Below are positions 1 through 14,798 of a stretch of DNA of 64,000 nucleotides, in pieces. Origin of the DNA: the human T2T-CHM13v2.0 reference genome, Homo sapiens. Numbering within the stretch: position 1 is the stretch's first letter; each line of letters opens with the position of its first letter. The DNA lies in NCBI RefSeq assembly GCF_009914755.1, contig NC_060934.1; one strand, written 5' to 3'. A model generated the notes under the pieces. It saw only the letters and a list, made by a program, of their open reading frames with translations, had not been told where the DNA came from and did no database searches. The translations under genes were made by a program, and so were the position numbers.

Positions 1-2913
1 AAATGCTGGGTTTCCTAACCCTCCCATCGGGTAATAGGAAAATTCACTCAAAAAACGGGAGACTCCTTCTGGGAAACTCTGCCAATCCACTTTTGAGGGA
101 TGTTCACATCTATTTAGGACACCTTCTGTGAGTGATAAAATGTGGCCACTACTTGGTACAATCGTGTCTTTGCTGTCCACGGGGACAGCGGGAATCCCCT
201 GCGCTGCATCGCAGGGGGCACCTGTGTATCTGTCCGCTAGGGTGGGATCAACACCAACCAGAAAGAAATTGCCACTGGGAGTGTCACGTGACTCTATTTT
301 CTCAAAACTCACCTTAGCATTTCCCATAAAACCCATTTCACCATTTAAAGTCGACTGTGTAAGAGTGGACTTGGCGTTTCCTTCTTTGAAATGGTGTGCA
401 CGTTCACTCGTCCCACATGGACCCAGGCAGTCAGTAATTCTGGGGTCAATACTATCTTTCTCCAAATAAAGTCTCTCTTCCTCTTCTTTACATGTTAGTT
501 TTGGTTTACTCAACCCTGATGTATTATTACCAAAGATACCAGAAGCTTCTTCAATTGATTCAGAGGAAATTCCCTTCCATTTTGGGCTTTTACCACCACT
601 AACAGAATTCTCTACTATTTCTGACTTCTGTATAACTGGATTAACACTTGGACTGAAATGTGGTAACACACTAAGAACATTATATTTGCAGTCGTATACT
701 CGGTGTGTTTCATAACTTTTTTCTATTTGATTAGTTTCAAAATCAGCGTTCTCTGTTGCACTAGAACTAACACAGGAGAGTACATCCTGACTTGGCACTG
801 CCTCATGTCTTTGTGTACCTGTTTCCCACTCATAGGTTGTTTTAGAATCTGACTTGACAGTCTCTATGTCATCTTCACTTGTCTCACTATACTTTGCTTG
901 CAGTGATTCTTTTTCACTACCTTCTAACCTTTGAGGGTCACTCAGCTGGTCTCGTGACACACTGACTGAACTCTTCACACATATTTCACCCTCTGTTTTG
1001 TCACCTGGGCTTGTTTCCCTCTCTTCTTCCTCTGTGCAGGTGAAAATAAATGCGGAGGAAACACAGTTACTGTGAAGAGATCTGGAGTGACTGGGAGACT
1101 TGCCATCGGGGGGCACTCCTTGTGCCATGCTAAGCTTTAGGCCATCTGTCCTCTGCACCGTCCCCTGCGTGTCCACCACACGCTCCACACAAGTTTGGTC
1201 ACAGGTCTGTGTTGCAGCCTCATCTGCTTGACACCAAGATTTTGACTCAAAAGCCCTTACACCATGACCCTCAGCCTTCCAAACGCCAATTCTGTCCTCT
1301 TCTTGGTAAAAGGCACTATTTTCAGATTGCAGAGACACCTCACCTCTGTCTGGCAGCAGGGGACTTCTGGCCTCCAGGCTGCAGTCCCCTCTGCGCTGTG
1401 CCTTCCTGACTTGTCTGGGGACAGGTTCCGGCTCCCAGCAGTCATCAAGCTGGCTTGGGGCTGCTTCTCTTGAATTAGCGTGACCTGAGAGACACCCACT
1501 TCCAAATCTTACTGCAGTGATAGGCCTCTTAGGACTTAAATCAATTCTATCTAGACCAACAGGAAGGATACTATCTGCTTTGTTAACGTCCAAGTAGAAA
1601 TCATCGTTGTCTCTTAGTGGTGTGATAGAGTTATTTTCTCTCTCCTTTTTAGAATGTAAACTCTGGTCGACAACAACTGTTACCACCTCCGGGTCATCAC
1701 TCCCTGCAACACATGCAGTGTCAGTACAAAAGCTACCAGGTGAATGTGCAGTGTCAGTACGGAAGCCACCAGGTGGATGATCCATCTCACTTCCTACTCC
1801 TGAGTTACAGCTCTCACTTTCTCCCAGGACACACGCATGACTTAGTGAGTCACTGTCCATGTTGTTATTTAATTCAGGGAGTAGGTCAATACCATGTAGT
1901 GCACTACTTTCTGCGTAATTTTTAGGGAATTCAGTGCAAGCTTCTGCCTGTAAAGCCTCCATCTGCACGTTATCAGTGTTTGCTTCACAAGGTGCATGGC
2001 TGAACGCCACAGGCTCAGGGCAAGGCTTGGCTTTCCCACTGCATTCCCCTGTCCTTTCACCTGGACCCAGCGTGTCCCAAGGCGAGAGTTCTTCCTGCCG
2101 TGGCTCTGGCTCGCCCGCCCCTGACATGGCACGCGAGGCTGAAGGCACTGAAGAGCAACACTCTCCTCTTGCAGCTACTGTGTCTACCCAGGTGCCCAGC
2201 TCCTCTGCCACGCTTGGGCAGGCAGAGTCGGCAACACAAATGCTGTGAAACTTGCACTCTCCTGAATCCTGACATTGCTGATCATCAATACCAACAGGGT
2301 TTCCATCTTTCCTCTCCCTATCGGATAGGTCTAAAGACTTACTCTCATCACCACTGCTGAGGTGAACGCTGACCACCATTTCTTTCTCTACTAAAGAGTT
2401 TTTACAAGTAGCTGGGTAACAGTGCAGATGGCCACTCACAAAGGCTTCCTCCTGCAGGCCTCGGTCAGAAGGCACCAGCACACATGAGAAAAGCTCCTCA
2501 TCTTCCCAACAACCTTGTCGGCTGCCGTTACCCACACACAGTAGATCACAGACCCCCTCAGAATTCTGCTCATTAACAACAATATCTGAATTCTTGTCAT
2601 TCTCACCCAAGTTTTCATACCTTGTTGAGAATGTATATATAAAAGAGGAAAGAGGGTTCAATGACTGCTTGGGTCTATGACCCTGTTTGTGCCCAGACCC
2701 TGCGAAAATCCTTGTCCGCGCGCTAACGCCAGCTACACTGCTGGCTCCACTGCCAGTACGGTGAACCTCCTCACCTTTGACGGTATCAAATAATGAAGAC
2801 AAAGTTTTACTTATCTTGTTTTCTGGTTCCTTTTCCTCCACAGATTTTTGTAACAGGCCAGTTTTTTCACTGTCATTGTCACTACTTAGTTCTCTGCTGA
2901 AGCAGCAGCCCAT
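1..2913 (-). CDS. Uninterrupted ORF of >=971 codons, open at the window edge, in LARP4B intron 3 on the same strand; candidate giant alternative first coding exon starting MGCCFSRELSSDNDSEKTGLLQKSVEEKEPENK and reading ...WQSFPEGVSRFLSEFSYYPMGGLGNPAF at the edge
   Basis: I checked every in-frame triplet from 2913 to 1 by hand and found no stop. Kozak context is aaacATGG, there is an in-frame upstream TAG at 2986-2988 and an acceptor ggcttctcctcag| at 2994. No transposon remnants are visible in 1-3000. The product is Ser/Cys/Glu/Asp-rich. Confidence 0.85.
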   Translation of the reverse strand, partial: MGCCFSRELSSDNDSEKTGLLQKSVEEKEPENKISKTLSSLFDTVKGEEVHRTGSGASSVAGVSARTRIFAGSGHKQGHRPKQSLNPLSSFIYTFSTRYENLGENDKNSDIVVNEQNSEGVCDLLCVGNGSRQGCWEDEELFSCVLVPSDRGLQEEAFVSGHLHCYPATCKNSLVEKEMVVSVHLSSGDESKSLDLSDRERKDGNPVGIDDQQCQDSGECKFHSICVADSACPSVAEELGTWVDTVAARGECCSSVPSASRAMSGAGEPEPRQEELSPWDTLGPGERTGECSGKAKPCPEPVAFSHAPCEANTDNVQMEALQAEACTEFPKNYAESSALHGIDLLPELNNNMDSDSLSHACVLGESESCNSGVGSEMDHPPGGFRTDTAHSPGSFCTDTACVAGSDDPEVVTVVVDQSLHSKKERENNSITPLRDNDDFYLDVNKADSILPVGLDRIDLSPKRPITAVRFGSGCLSGHANSREAAPSQLDDCWEPEPVPRQVRKAQRRGDCSLEARSPLLPDRGEVSLQSENSAFYQEEDRIGVWKAEGHGVRAFESKSWCQADEAATQTCDQTCVERVVDTQGTVQRTDGLKLSMAQGVPPDGKSPSHSRSLHSNCVSSAFIFTCTEEEERETSPGDKTEGEICVKSSVSVSRDQLSDPQRLEGSEKESLQAKYSETSEDDIETVKSDSKTTYEWETGTQRHEAVPSQDVLSCVSSSATENADFETNQIEKSYETHRVYDCKYNVLSVLPHFSPSVNPVIQKSEIVENSVSGGKSPKWKGISSESIEEASGIFGNNTSGLSKPKLTCKEEEERLYLEKDSIDPRITDCLGPCGTSERAHHFKEGNAKSTLTQSTLNGEMGFMGNAKVSFEKIESRDTPSGNFFLVGVDPTLADRYTGAPCDAAQGIPAVPVDSKDTIVPSSGHILSLTEGVLNRCEHPSKVDWQSFPEGVSRFLSEFSYYPMGGLGNPAF

Positions 2914-3010
2914 GTTTGAGAGCTCACAAGCACACGACAGGCGTGCTGGTCCCAAGCCTCCACAGACGCACCTCACAGTAACTTGCTATAATTTCTGAGG
3001 AGAAGCCAAC
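2914..3010 (-). other. Putative 3' splice site and 81-nt ATG-free leader of the giant exon (exon starts at 2994)
   Basis: Minus strand reads ...tttttggtctctgggtgttggcttctcctcAG|AAATTATAG...ctctcaaacATG; the AG is at 2996-2995. Confidence 0.6.
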
Positions 3011-3718
3011 ACCCAGAGACCAAAAATAACCCCTTGCACAGCGGTCACATGTTCCTGCCACTCAAACCCAAATCCTAATGACAACAGAGCCCGACTGACA
3101 GCCAGCATACTCCGTGTGCCCAATTCCAAACAGGACCAGGATCCAAAAGCTCAGAACAGCAGCAAGAATGCTGCGCTGTATTTTTTCTTACTCTCATAAA
3201 CTCAATAAAACATAACTTAAAATATTATCCCAGCCAGAAAGATTTCAGGCTTCTGGTTTTTCTACAGTGTTCCAGTATTTCCCAAATTATATTTCATGGG
3301 ATGGTGGTAACTAAATAAAATAGTTCATAAATTCCCCCAAAGGAAAACAGTATCAGAATTTTGTTCCGTAAAATATATAGCTACTCACAGTTGTATCTAA
3401 TTTTCTAGCTTTACGAAATGATGTCTGAAATAAATAGCAATTTAAAAAGAGACGAAAAAATCAAAGGAGAGCAAAAAAATAAATAGCAATAAAAAATAGT
3501 ATCTGTAGGTATCAAGAAATTATTACTAATTGTGTCAGGTGTGAAAATGGAATGATGTCAGTTAGAGATGCATGCTGAAGTATCTGGGATAAAGTGACAC
3601 ATTATCTACAATTTGCTTTAAAATGCCCTAGCAAATATAGTAAATATATACACACATATATAAAAGTTAAAACAGTCATGTGCATACAGGGAGGAAAAGA
3701 TTTAAAGACAGTAGTCCA

Positions 3719-4026
<308 letters not shown>

Positions 4027-5299
4027 CAGTAGTCGAATGTGGCGATGGGTAATGTTCAAGTTAATGATGCTGCATTTGGTTCATGGTATTATTCGCTCCA
4101 CTTCTGCAGATGTCTGAGCACTCCAATTAAGAAAAAGGAAGGAACAAGAAAAAAAAGGGAAAATAGATCTACAAGCTCTGGTACCAGAACTAGAAAGTCT
4201 CTTGAAAGTACTTGATGCAGGAACGCACAGCCTGCCATCTGGTGAAAAACAGGCGTTGTCCACAACTAAGCAAGTTGCTCATGTACTATGTGGTCCAGTC
4301 CCTAACTGTGGACTCACATAATGGGTCTTGTCTTACATTGACATCTGTGATGTTTTGCTTTTAGTATAAGTAATTCTTTTTCTTATTATGGTTCTGACAG
4401 GCTATGTGAAAAACAAAATAATTCTTTTAGTTCCTCTGCAAGAGAGATTTTGTTGTTTCTTTAACCTATGAGTTATGACTGGTGTCCTATTAATGTTTTA
4501 CTTTTTAAAAATATTAACATTTTTATGATAAAAAGTTTAGGAATTACACTTAAACATAAAGGTAACAAGAACACTTATGAATATACTAAAATTCAAGTAC
4601 TGAAATCATCATAATGATTATGATGATAATGGTAGTCAACACTTTATATAGCACTATGTTTCACAAAATATTAATTACATCTATGCATCCATTTTGTCAC
4701 ACGTCTTAATTTGCACCCTTAACAACCCCCAAGGTAGATACTACTAATTCACTGTACAGATAAGGGAAATGAGGCACCAAGAACTTTAGTAGCAGCTTCG
4801 AATGACAAAACAAAACTCAGACCATACATTGACCATACTGTTATGCTACTCAAAGAGAATTAAACATCTACATGGCAAAAACGTTCTGCACTAAAGACAC
4901 AAACGATTCATACCAGCTGTAAAATGAAAGGACATAGTAAAGCAGAGAAGCTCACGAGATCACCTGCCTGGCTTTGAGTCTCAGCTCCATTTTTACATGT
5001 GTCATCTCTGGCAAATTATTTAACCTCTTTGTCTCAGTTTTCTCATTTGTAAAATGGAGCCAACACCGACATCTATTTCAAAGAGCTGTTAGGCAGACTT
5101 TAAGTAGTTGGAATAGAATCTCAGAGTCCCACTTCAAAGTCCCCCATAATCTGGCCCCAGCCTACCTCTATGATCTCGGCTTCTAAGATACCATTCCCCC
5201 GACCTCTTCTATCTCATACTAACCAATGCCAGCACACTGCCTCAATGTTGTTTCTTTCTCCAGTCTCCTCCCCACACTTTTCAAGCCTTGAAGTCCTTT

Positions 5300-6950
<1,651 letters not shown>

Positions 6951-6982
6951 AGCCTCGCCAACACAGCAAGACCCCATCTCTA

Positions 6983-7147
<165 letters not shown>

Positions 7148-7274
7148 CTAAAAAAACAAATGAAACAAAACAAACAATTCTGAAAAGCCTTTCAGATGGC
7201 TGAAAGAGCTGAGTGTTTTAAATTATTTCCTTCTGGTTTCTCTTTTTAAATGAAATAACGGTGCCAAATACAAA

Positions 7275-8160
7275 GTATTTCCTCTTGAGTTTGGACTCTG
7301 AAGCCAGATTGCCTGGGTTCAAATCCTGGTTCTACCACTTTTTAGTCCAGTAATCTTGGGGATAAATTACTTAAACCTCTTTGTGTCTCAGTTTCCTCAT
7401 TTGTAAAATGGGGATAACAGTACCTAGGGGTAAGACAGGTGTAGGGCTAACAGGAATTTATGAGTAAACGGAAGTGTTAGGAGAGTGCACAGTAAGAGCC
7501 ATGAGAGTCTGCAGTGATTACCACCATATGTGATATATTCTTTTACACTGGAGACATTTATGGAGCACCTACCTGTCAGGAAGACACTGGAATACATCAG
7601 TAAACAAAACTAAACCCCAGATTTGATGGAGCTTGCATTCTAGTCCAGGGAGACAAACACTAAATCTAACAAATACCTAACATTGTTAGAAGGTGCTAAC
7701 TGCTACACGTAAAGGGTCTGAGGCAAGCCAGAAGTGAGGAGACGGATGCGGATAGATGGGGCTCGCTGAGAAGGTGAGGCCGAGACTGAGAAAGGTAAGA
7801 GCATAAGCCTCAAAGACTTCTGGGAAAGGGGCACACCAGAACCAATTGAGGCAGAGAGCCCTGCGGTAAGGTGATGCTGGAATGGTCAAGGGTCAAGAGC
7901 CCACTGGGGCTGGAGCAGCGTGCCAGAGGAGAGCCAGTGGGCAGCAGAGTCAGAGAGGACAGGTGCCAGACTACGAAGGCTAGGGACCTGCCAGAACTCA
8001 GGCTAACTGTGATGTTGAGCACAGGAGTGGCAGGTTCTGACTTGGCCTTCTCGAAGGGATCCTCTGGCCACTGTGTTAGAAAGGAAGGGTGGGTTGGGGA
8101 CACCAGTGAGGAGTGACTGCAGCTGTCCAGGTGAGAAGCACTGGCTCCATGAGATGAGAA
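7275..8160. mobile_element. MIR plus L2 fragments
   Basis: MIR core (ctgggttcaaatcctggttctaccact...ctcagtttcctcatttgtaaaatgggga) followed by L2-like sequence. Confidence 0.6.
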
Positions 8161-9186
8161 GTCCAAACAAAAAATGAAGCAGCCTGACCATCTCAGAAAC
8201 TCTGACACCCCTGCGTGACTCATGTATCTCATCTACACAAGTTCCCTGATTTGAAGATACACGTTTCTCCTACTTTCACAATTTCTATAATTGTGACATG
8301 TCTTCGAATTGCTGCCAAAACTGAAAATTGCTGTTTCAGGATCTGGCAGTGGATTACCTACGTGTGTTTATTTTGCAGAAATACACTGAGTTGTACTTTT
8401 ACGATCTGTGCACATAGCTGTATGTGTTGTATTTCCACACACATGTAAGGACACCGGGGCCTAGGAAGGCAGCCAGTTGCCAGGCAGCGGACTCCGACAC
8501 ATCTGTCGCTTCCTCCCAGTGATGTGACTATTCTCTCAGTACAACTGTTTGCATGGTACTGCCACACAAAGTTGATTTATAAATCTACTATTGAACAAAA
8601 TGCCTTAATAGCAATTAAACTGAATCCTAAAATGAAAAAGAGTTTGCAAAAAAACTATTTGTCATATTCTAAATGATGCAAATACTAAGCAATAAAATTA
8701 CTAATTTTTTTAAAGAAATTACAAAATGTTCTAAGTTGAGAGATGTTTTTACTGATCCCAGTGCCTTGAAAGACTACTATTACATCTGTCACACTTCCAC
8801 AACAAGAGAAGTTTTAGCAGCATGTAAATCATTTACACAAGGATACAACTAAGAATAGTAAGCCAAACAGAGAATGAAGAAATCCCTCTATTTTTAAATA
8901 TGCCTTGGAGCTGAAAAGATCACGGGTATGTGTTATAGAAGGCATTCCTTCTGTCAGTGGCCAAAATGCTACAATCAAAATGTTACAATACTATGTCATC
9001 AAAAAGAAATATCCTACATTAAAAAGGATCTACTCCGTCTCAGCACGAATACATTCTAAGAGGAAAAGAGGGCATCTGGTCAGAGTATCCCCCATCCTGG
9101 GGCAAGTTCTCCGAAGTACCAGGAGACCAAGAACCGTGCATACACTCTGGGGGTAAATGGATTGTTTTGTCACTAAATCATGCTGA

Positions 9187-9877
<691 letters not shown>

Positions 9878-10186
9878 TGACAAGGTGGTAACAACCTGCC
9901 AAAAGGTCTAACCTGCAAGATTAACATACCAAGAGCAGCCACGTGTCACTTGCGTACAAATACAGGAGTTGGATATTTTCATAGAAATTCAAGCTTTCTG
10001 ATTGCTAAGCCTACTCTTATTCAAAATATAGGCCTGCAATAATTAATCTGAATTGCTAATTAATAGTTATTCATTCAGAAGCTGTGTCATCAAAAGGCAA
10101 AGGTGGTTTTTTGAAAACTGATAAAGGAAGGGACTAAAGTTTTTTGGTATTACCATCTGTAAAGGAGTTTAAAAAAAAAAATTCTG

Positions 10187-10482
10187 GGCCGGGTGCAGTG
10201 GCTCAAGCCTGTAATCCCAACACCTTGGGAGGCCAAGGCGGGCAGATCACTTGAGGCCAGAGTTCGAGACCAGCTTGGGCAACATGGCGAAACCCCATCT
10301 CTACGAAAAATACAAAAATTAGCCAAGCATGGTGGTGCATGCCTGTAATTCCAGCTACTCAGAAGGCTGAGGCACAAGAATAGCTTGAACCCGGGAGGCA
10401 GAGGCTGCAGTGAGCAGAGATCGCACTACTGCACTATAGCCAGCCTGAGTAACAGAGTGAGGCTGACTCAAAAAAAAAAAAA
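10187..10482 (+). mobile_element. AluS
   Basis: Full dimer with poly-A. Confidence 0.93.
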
Positions 10483-12172
10483 TCATTCTGATATAGATGT
10501 TTTGCTGAATTGTACATAGAGTTTAGTATGAGGATGAGTTAGATTTCCAATTTCAGCTTTCCAGTTTCACACTATGATTAGAAAAGACTTGCTGTGACTT
10601 TGCATCTTTCTTCTGAGGAGGTAATTTAACATAAACACTTCTACCTAATATTACCTGTCCCTTAAACATCATCATTCACTCACATTCCTCTCTCAAACCT
10701 GCTGTTGATTTATGATAAAACACAAGAGGATCATTTCAACAGAAAATGGTTTCCAGGCTGATGTAGTGTCTCCAAGGGAAAAGCAGGTACTTGGCTGGTC
10801 GCACACAGGAGTAAGAACTGGAGTCCCTGAGTGGGCTTCAGGAGGGGCAAAAAGCCGCTGAGAATGATGTTTGCTATAGATGAAGTTTGTGGCGCTAACA
10901 GGGAAGGTAAAGAACCTTTAACCAAACGACACTGTTGCTGAATACCAGTGGTCAGATATTTTTTCTTCCTCAAGAAGGAGAACCCATCGCTGTGGCCCAC
11001 TGCCAGTGGTCACTCTTCATCATAAACACCCTCAAAACCCTTTCAATCCCCTCTCGCCTTCTATCACCTTACCTTCAAAGCCAAGATCTTAGGAGGAATG
11101 TCACCGTCTAAGTTGTGTCTACCACTCCTGTCTCTCACCCACTGCAATCTGGCTTTTGCTCCTATCAGTCCTGGGAAATACTCTTGCTAAGGTCACAACT
11201 GACCCCTCGCTTTGTTACCTTACTACACTTCACTTGAGTCAGCCTCCCTGCCTCTATCTCCACCCCACACTGTCCTCTGGTTTTCCTCCCATCCCTCTGA
11301 CCACTCCGCGTCCTAGATTCCTTCCTGTTTCTGATATATTGAGGGAATCGAGAGTTTCATCACTGTCCCTGCCTGGAACTCAGGTAAACTTAATGCAAAG
11401 TACTGTAATCATAACTATTGGTACGATATACTTCAAAATCAGTAGATCCTTATGACCTCAAGGTGAGAACATTCAAAATGACCTTGCTTGACTAGGGGCA
11501 AGATAAAGAGTGCTTCTTCTAGACTCACCTACGTCTCAGTGCCTCCCACCTCCAGGTGTACGCTCATCTTGTACCTAAGGCTCACACACAATGTGATCAT
11601 GCAATCTTGCATGCTGTGTTAGGGCTCCTCGAAGACGTGTATCTCACGCTCATCTGAACAACCTCTCCATAGAAAATGTCTTAGCCATCATGATCACTTG
11701 CACTCAGTTTTGATGAATGGATGGATACTCAAATTTTATGCAGGCAGTACTAGCTGCTTGCCTACCAGACACAATGCATTGAGCTGGCCACAGAAGGGAA
11801 CAGAATGTGGAGACACAGAGCATGTTTGTGCCTGCCCAAGGATGCTCCCATCCTTAGAGACAGGGCCTAACTATAAGTGGGCCTGGGGGTGGGCTGGGGG
11901 TTTAATGGGGTAATGTAAAAGTTCTAAGACTACATTATGGTGATGATTACACAACTCAGTAAATCTACTAAAAATAATTCAATTGCATACTTTAAATGGG
12001 TGAGTTTTACAGAATGTAAATTATACTTTAATAAAGTTTTTTTTTTTAATGAACAGAACACAGTACCAGAAGTTTACAGTTTAGTGGAGAAAACATGTAC
12101 ACAAATTTGAGTAATTCTGACAATCATGTCACTCATTATAATATATTGTTCTCATACTAAATAGGGAAACCA

Positions 12173-12397
<225 letters not shown>

Positions 12398-13012
12398 GGG
12401 AAACCATATTCTTACAGTCTAATAGAGATCACTTTTTTGTGTTCTTTGGCTAACCCTGTAAATAGTTACTAGCTCAGTAAGCTTTTTGGAGAGGGCAGGA
12501 AGCTGTCTAATAAATACAACTAAATAGTACCAGTGGATAAATGCAAATCTGCTCCTGAATTATTCATGTATTTCTTTGGGTATCTCTATTGCACGTCTCC
12601 TCCTACTCAACTCTGACAGAATGGCTAAACTGTAAATAGCCTGGTTCCTCAACCCTGACTGCTAAATGTATTCACTTGCCCATCATAACAACTGGCTGAG
12701 CACTGCCACCTAATCACTAAACCAATGCAAACTCCTGGTCAACTATGAAGCATGTAACTCTCCACACCTTTAGGTGCACTATGAACAATGCTAATTAGAA
12801 AACATTCATAGCAATGCCTACAATAGGTTTCTAAAGATGTCTGAATATTATGTTGGACTGAAAGTCAACCACGGAGAGAACAGGAACTTGTTGAAGCAAA
12901 CAAACTCCCTTAAAGATTTATACTCAAGGGATATCTACTTTATGTCTTATATAATTTTCTTCTTAGACTACCAAGCGTCTTATATTTGGATATTTTTAAA
13001 AAATCAATGTGC

Positions 13013-13567
13013 ACCGGGCACGGTGGCTCATGCCTGTAATCCCAGCACTTTGGGAGGCCGAGGCAGGCAGATCACCTGAGGTCACAAGTTCAAGACCAGC
13101 CTGACCGACATGGTGAAACCATGTCTCTACTGAAAACACAAAATTATCCAGGTGTGATGGCGCATGCCTGTAATCCCAGCTACTCGGGAGGCTGAGGCAG
13201 GAGAATCCCTTGAACCCAGGAGGCGGAGGTTGCGGTGACCAAGATCGCACCATTGCACACCAGCCTGGGCAACAAGAGGGAAACTCTGTTTCAAAAAAAT
13301 AATAATAAAAAAATAAATTAAAAATCAATGTAAAACAGAATACATAAAAATTTTACATAAATAATATATTTATAAAATATAATAATTTAGAAGGTGTCTT
13401 TTGTTTTTTTAAAATTCTTCTTTGTTACAAGCTGGCCAGGCATGGTGGCTCACGCCTGTAATCCTAGCCCTTTGGGAGGCCAAGGCGGGAGGATCACTTT
13501 GAGTTCAGAAGCTCGAGACTAGCCTGGGCAACACAGTGAGACCTCGTCTCTATTTGAAAAAAAAAAC
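13013..13567 (+). mobile_element. AluS (13013-13320) and an Alu monomer (13434-13567)
   Basis: Alu consensus. Confidence 0.9.
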
Positions 13568-14228
13568 AATTGGATTAACAATCCAACTCCTCAATTCCTA
13601 CGTGAACTGCTTATAATGGGGGGGGAATAGATGAGATTTATGGTAATTTTTATTTTTTACATAAAATATTTTTACTTTTTAAATTTTATGCAATTTATAA
13701 GATCCTTTGATCAAACTGAATTTCCAGTAGTAGCTCTCTGAAGCACTTTATATATGCATATGCAAATGATGAAAGGTAGGATTTAAAAACCAATGAATTC
13801 TACTTCCTTATTCTTTCATTAATCACAGCTAAAATGTGAAACAAATTTTCTGAGTAAAAGCTTACTATTCAATTTGTGTGGTTTAAGGAACACAAGCTAC
13901 CAAAATGTAAAGCTACTCATCCGCATATAACAGATTATCAATGATACAATAAAAATTTTGTAATATTTGAAAATAAATTAATCTAAATGGTATGCTGCTG
14001 TTGGCAGAACTGCACACAAAACAGACACGCACAGAAGCTAGAAAGGACATACAGTATTGACAGTTACCATACCCAGGGGTTGTGGTGATGAATGGATCCC
14101 CTACCACAACTTTTTGAGAAATATCTACATTTTCTAATTTTTGTTACAATAAACATTTTTCTTAAGGAAGTATCTCTGAGCCTTGACTGTGATTAAAAAA
14201 TCTGTGATTAATCTCAAAATTGAATTAC

Positions 14229-14288
14229 CTGACTCAAAGGTGGGATGGAACTTGTCTGAGAAGTGGTTTGAGATATAGGACCATTCAT
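14229..14288 (-). CDS. LARP4B: LARP4B coding exon 3 (MNGPISQTTSQTSSIPPLSQ), 60 nt, phase 0/0
   Basis: ttttacAG acceptor and CAG|gtaatt donor; the translation matches residues 28-47 of LARP4B as I recall the sequence. Confidence 0.95.
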
Positions 14289-14798
14289 CTGTAAAATTGA
14301 AAACAAAGACAACATCAGTACAATGTTTAAAAAGAAACAACATATTTTCAAACCACAGTAATTAGGCAAAACTAAACCCACCAAGAAATGCACATTTCAC
14401 ATGACAAATTCATGAATTCATAAGATATTCAGAATGTAGGAGGCTTAAAATTTTTAAATTCTGAATGAACATCATAGATAAAGTTCTTTGTAGATTCAAT
14501 GGGGAAAACTAAGAAAAGCTACTTTGCTCAAAGCCACTTTGGAACTTTAAATATTACTGCTTGACATAAAATGTTTAAATGAACAAAAGTAGTCAAAAAA
14601 ATGTATATTAAAATCCTAACTCTTTAAATACATCCTACTATAGTGACTATAATGTTATTAAACTATTTACAAATCACTACATATCCTTGATTTAAAAAAT
14701 AAATGGATTTGAGTATCTAGAGCTATAACAATTTTGTTTTTGTTATCATCTACTACTTATAGTTTCCTCTACTAAGCTACCTCTACATTTTTCAGACT

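Noticed and set aside
283-292. Perfect CLEAR/E-box palindrome GTCACGTGAC
   Set aside because: Tempting given the lysosome hypothesis, but it is a single site deep inside the ORF with no promoter context.
128-2998. Short ORFs in the track overlapping 1-3000
   Set aside because: They are antisense or off-frame shadows of the long minus-strand ORF and have no recognisable products.
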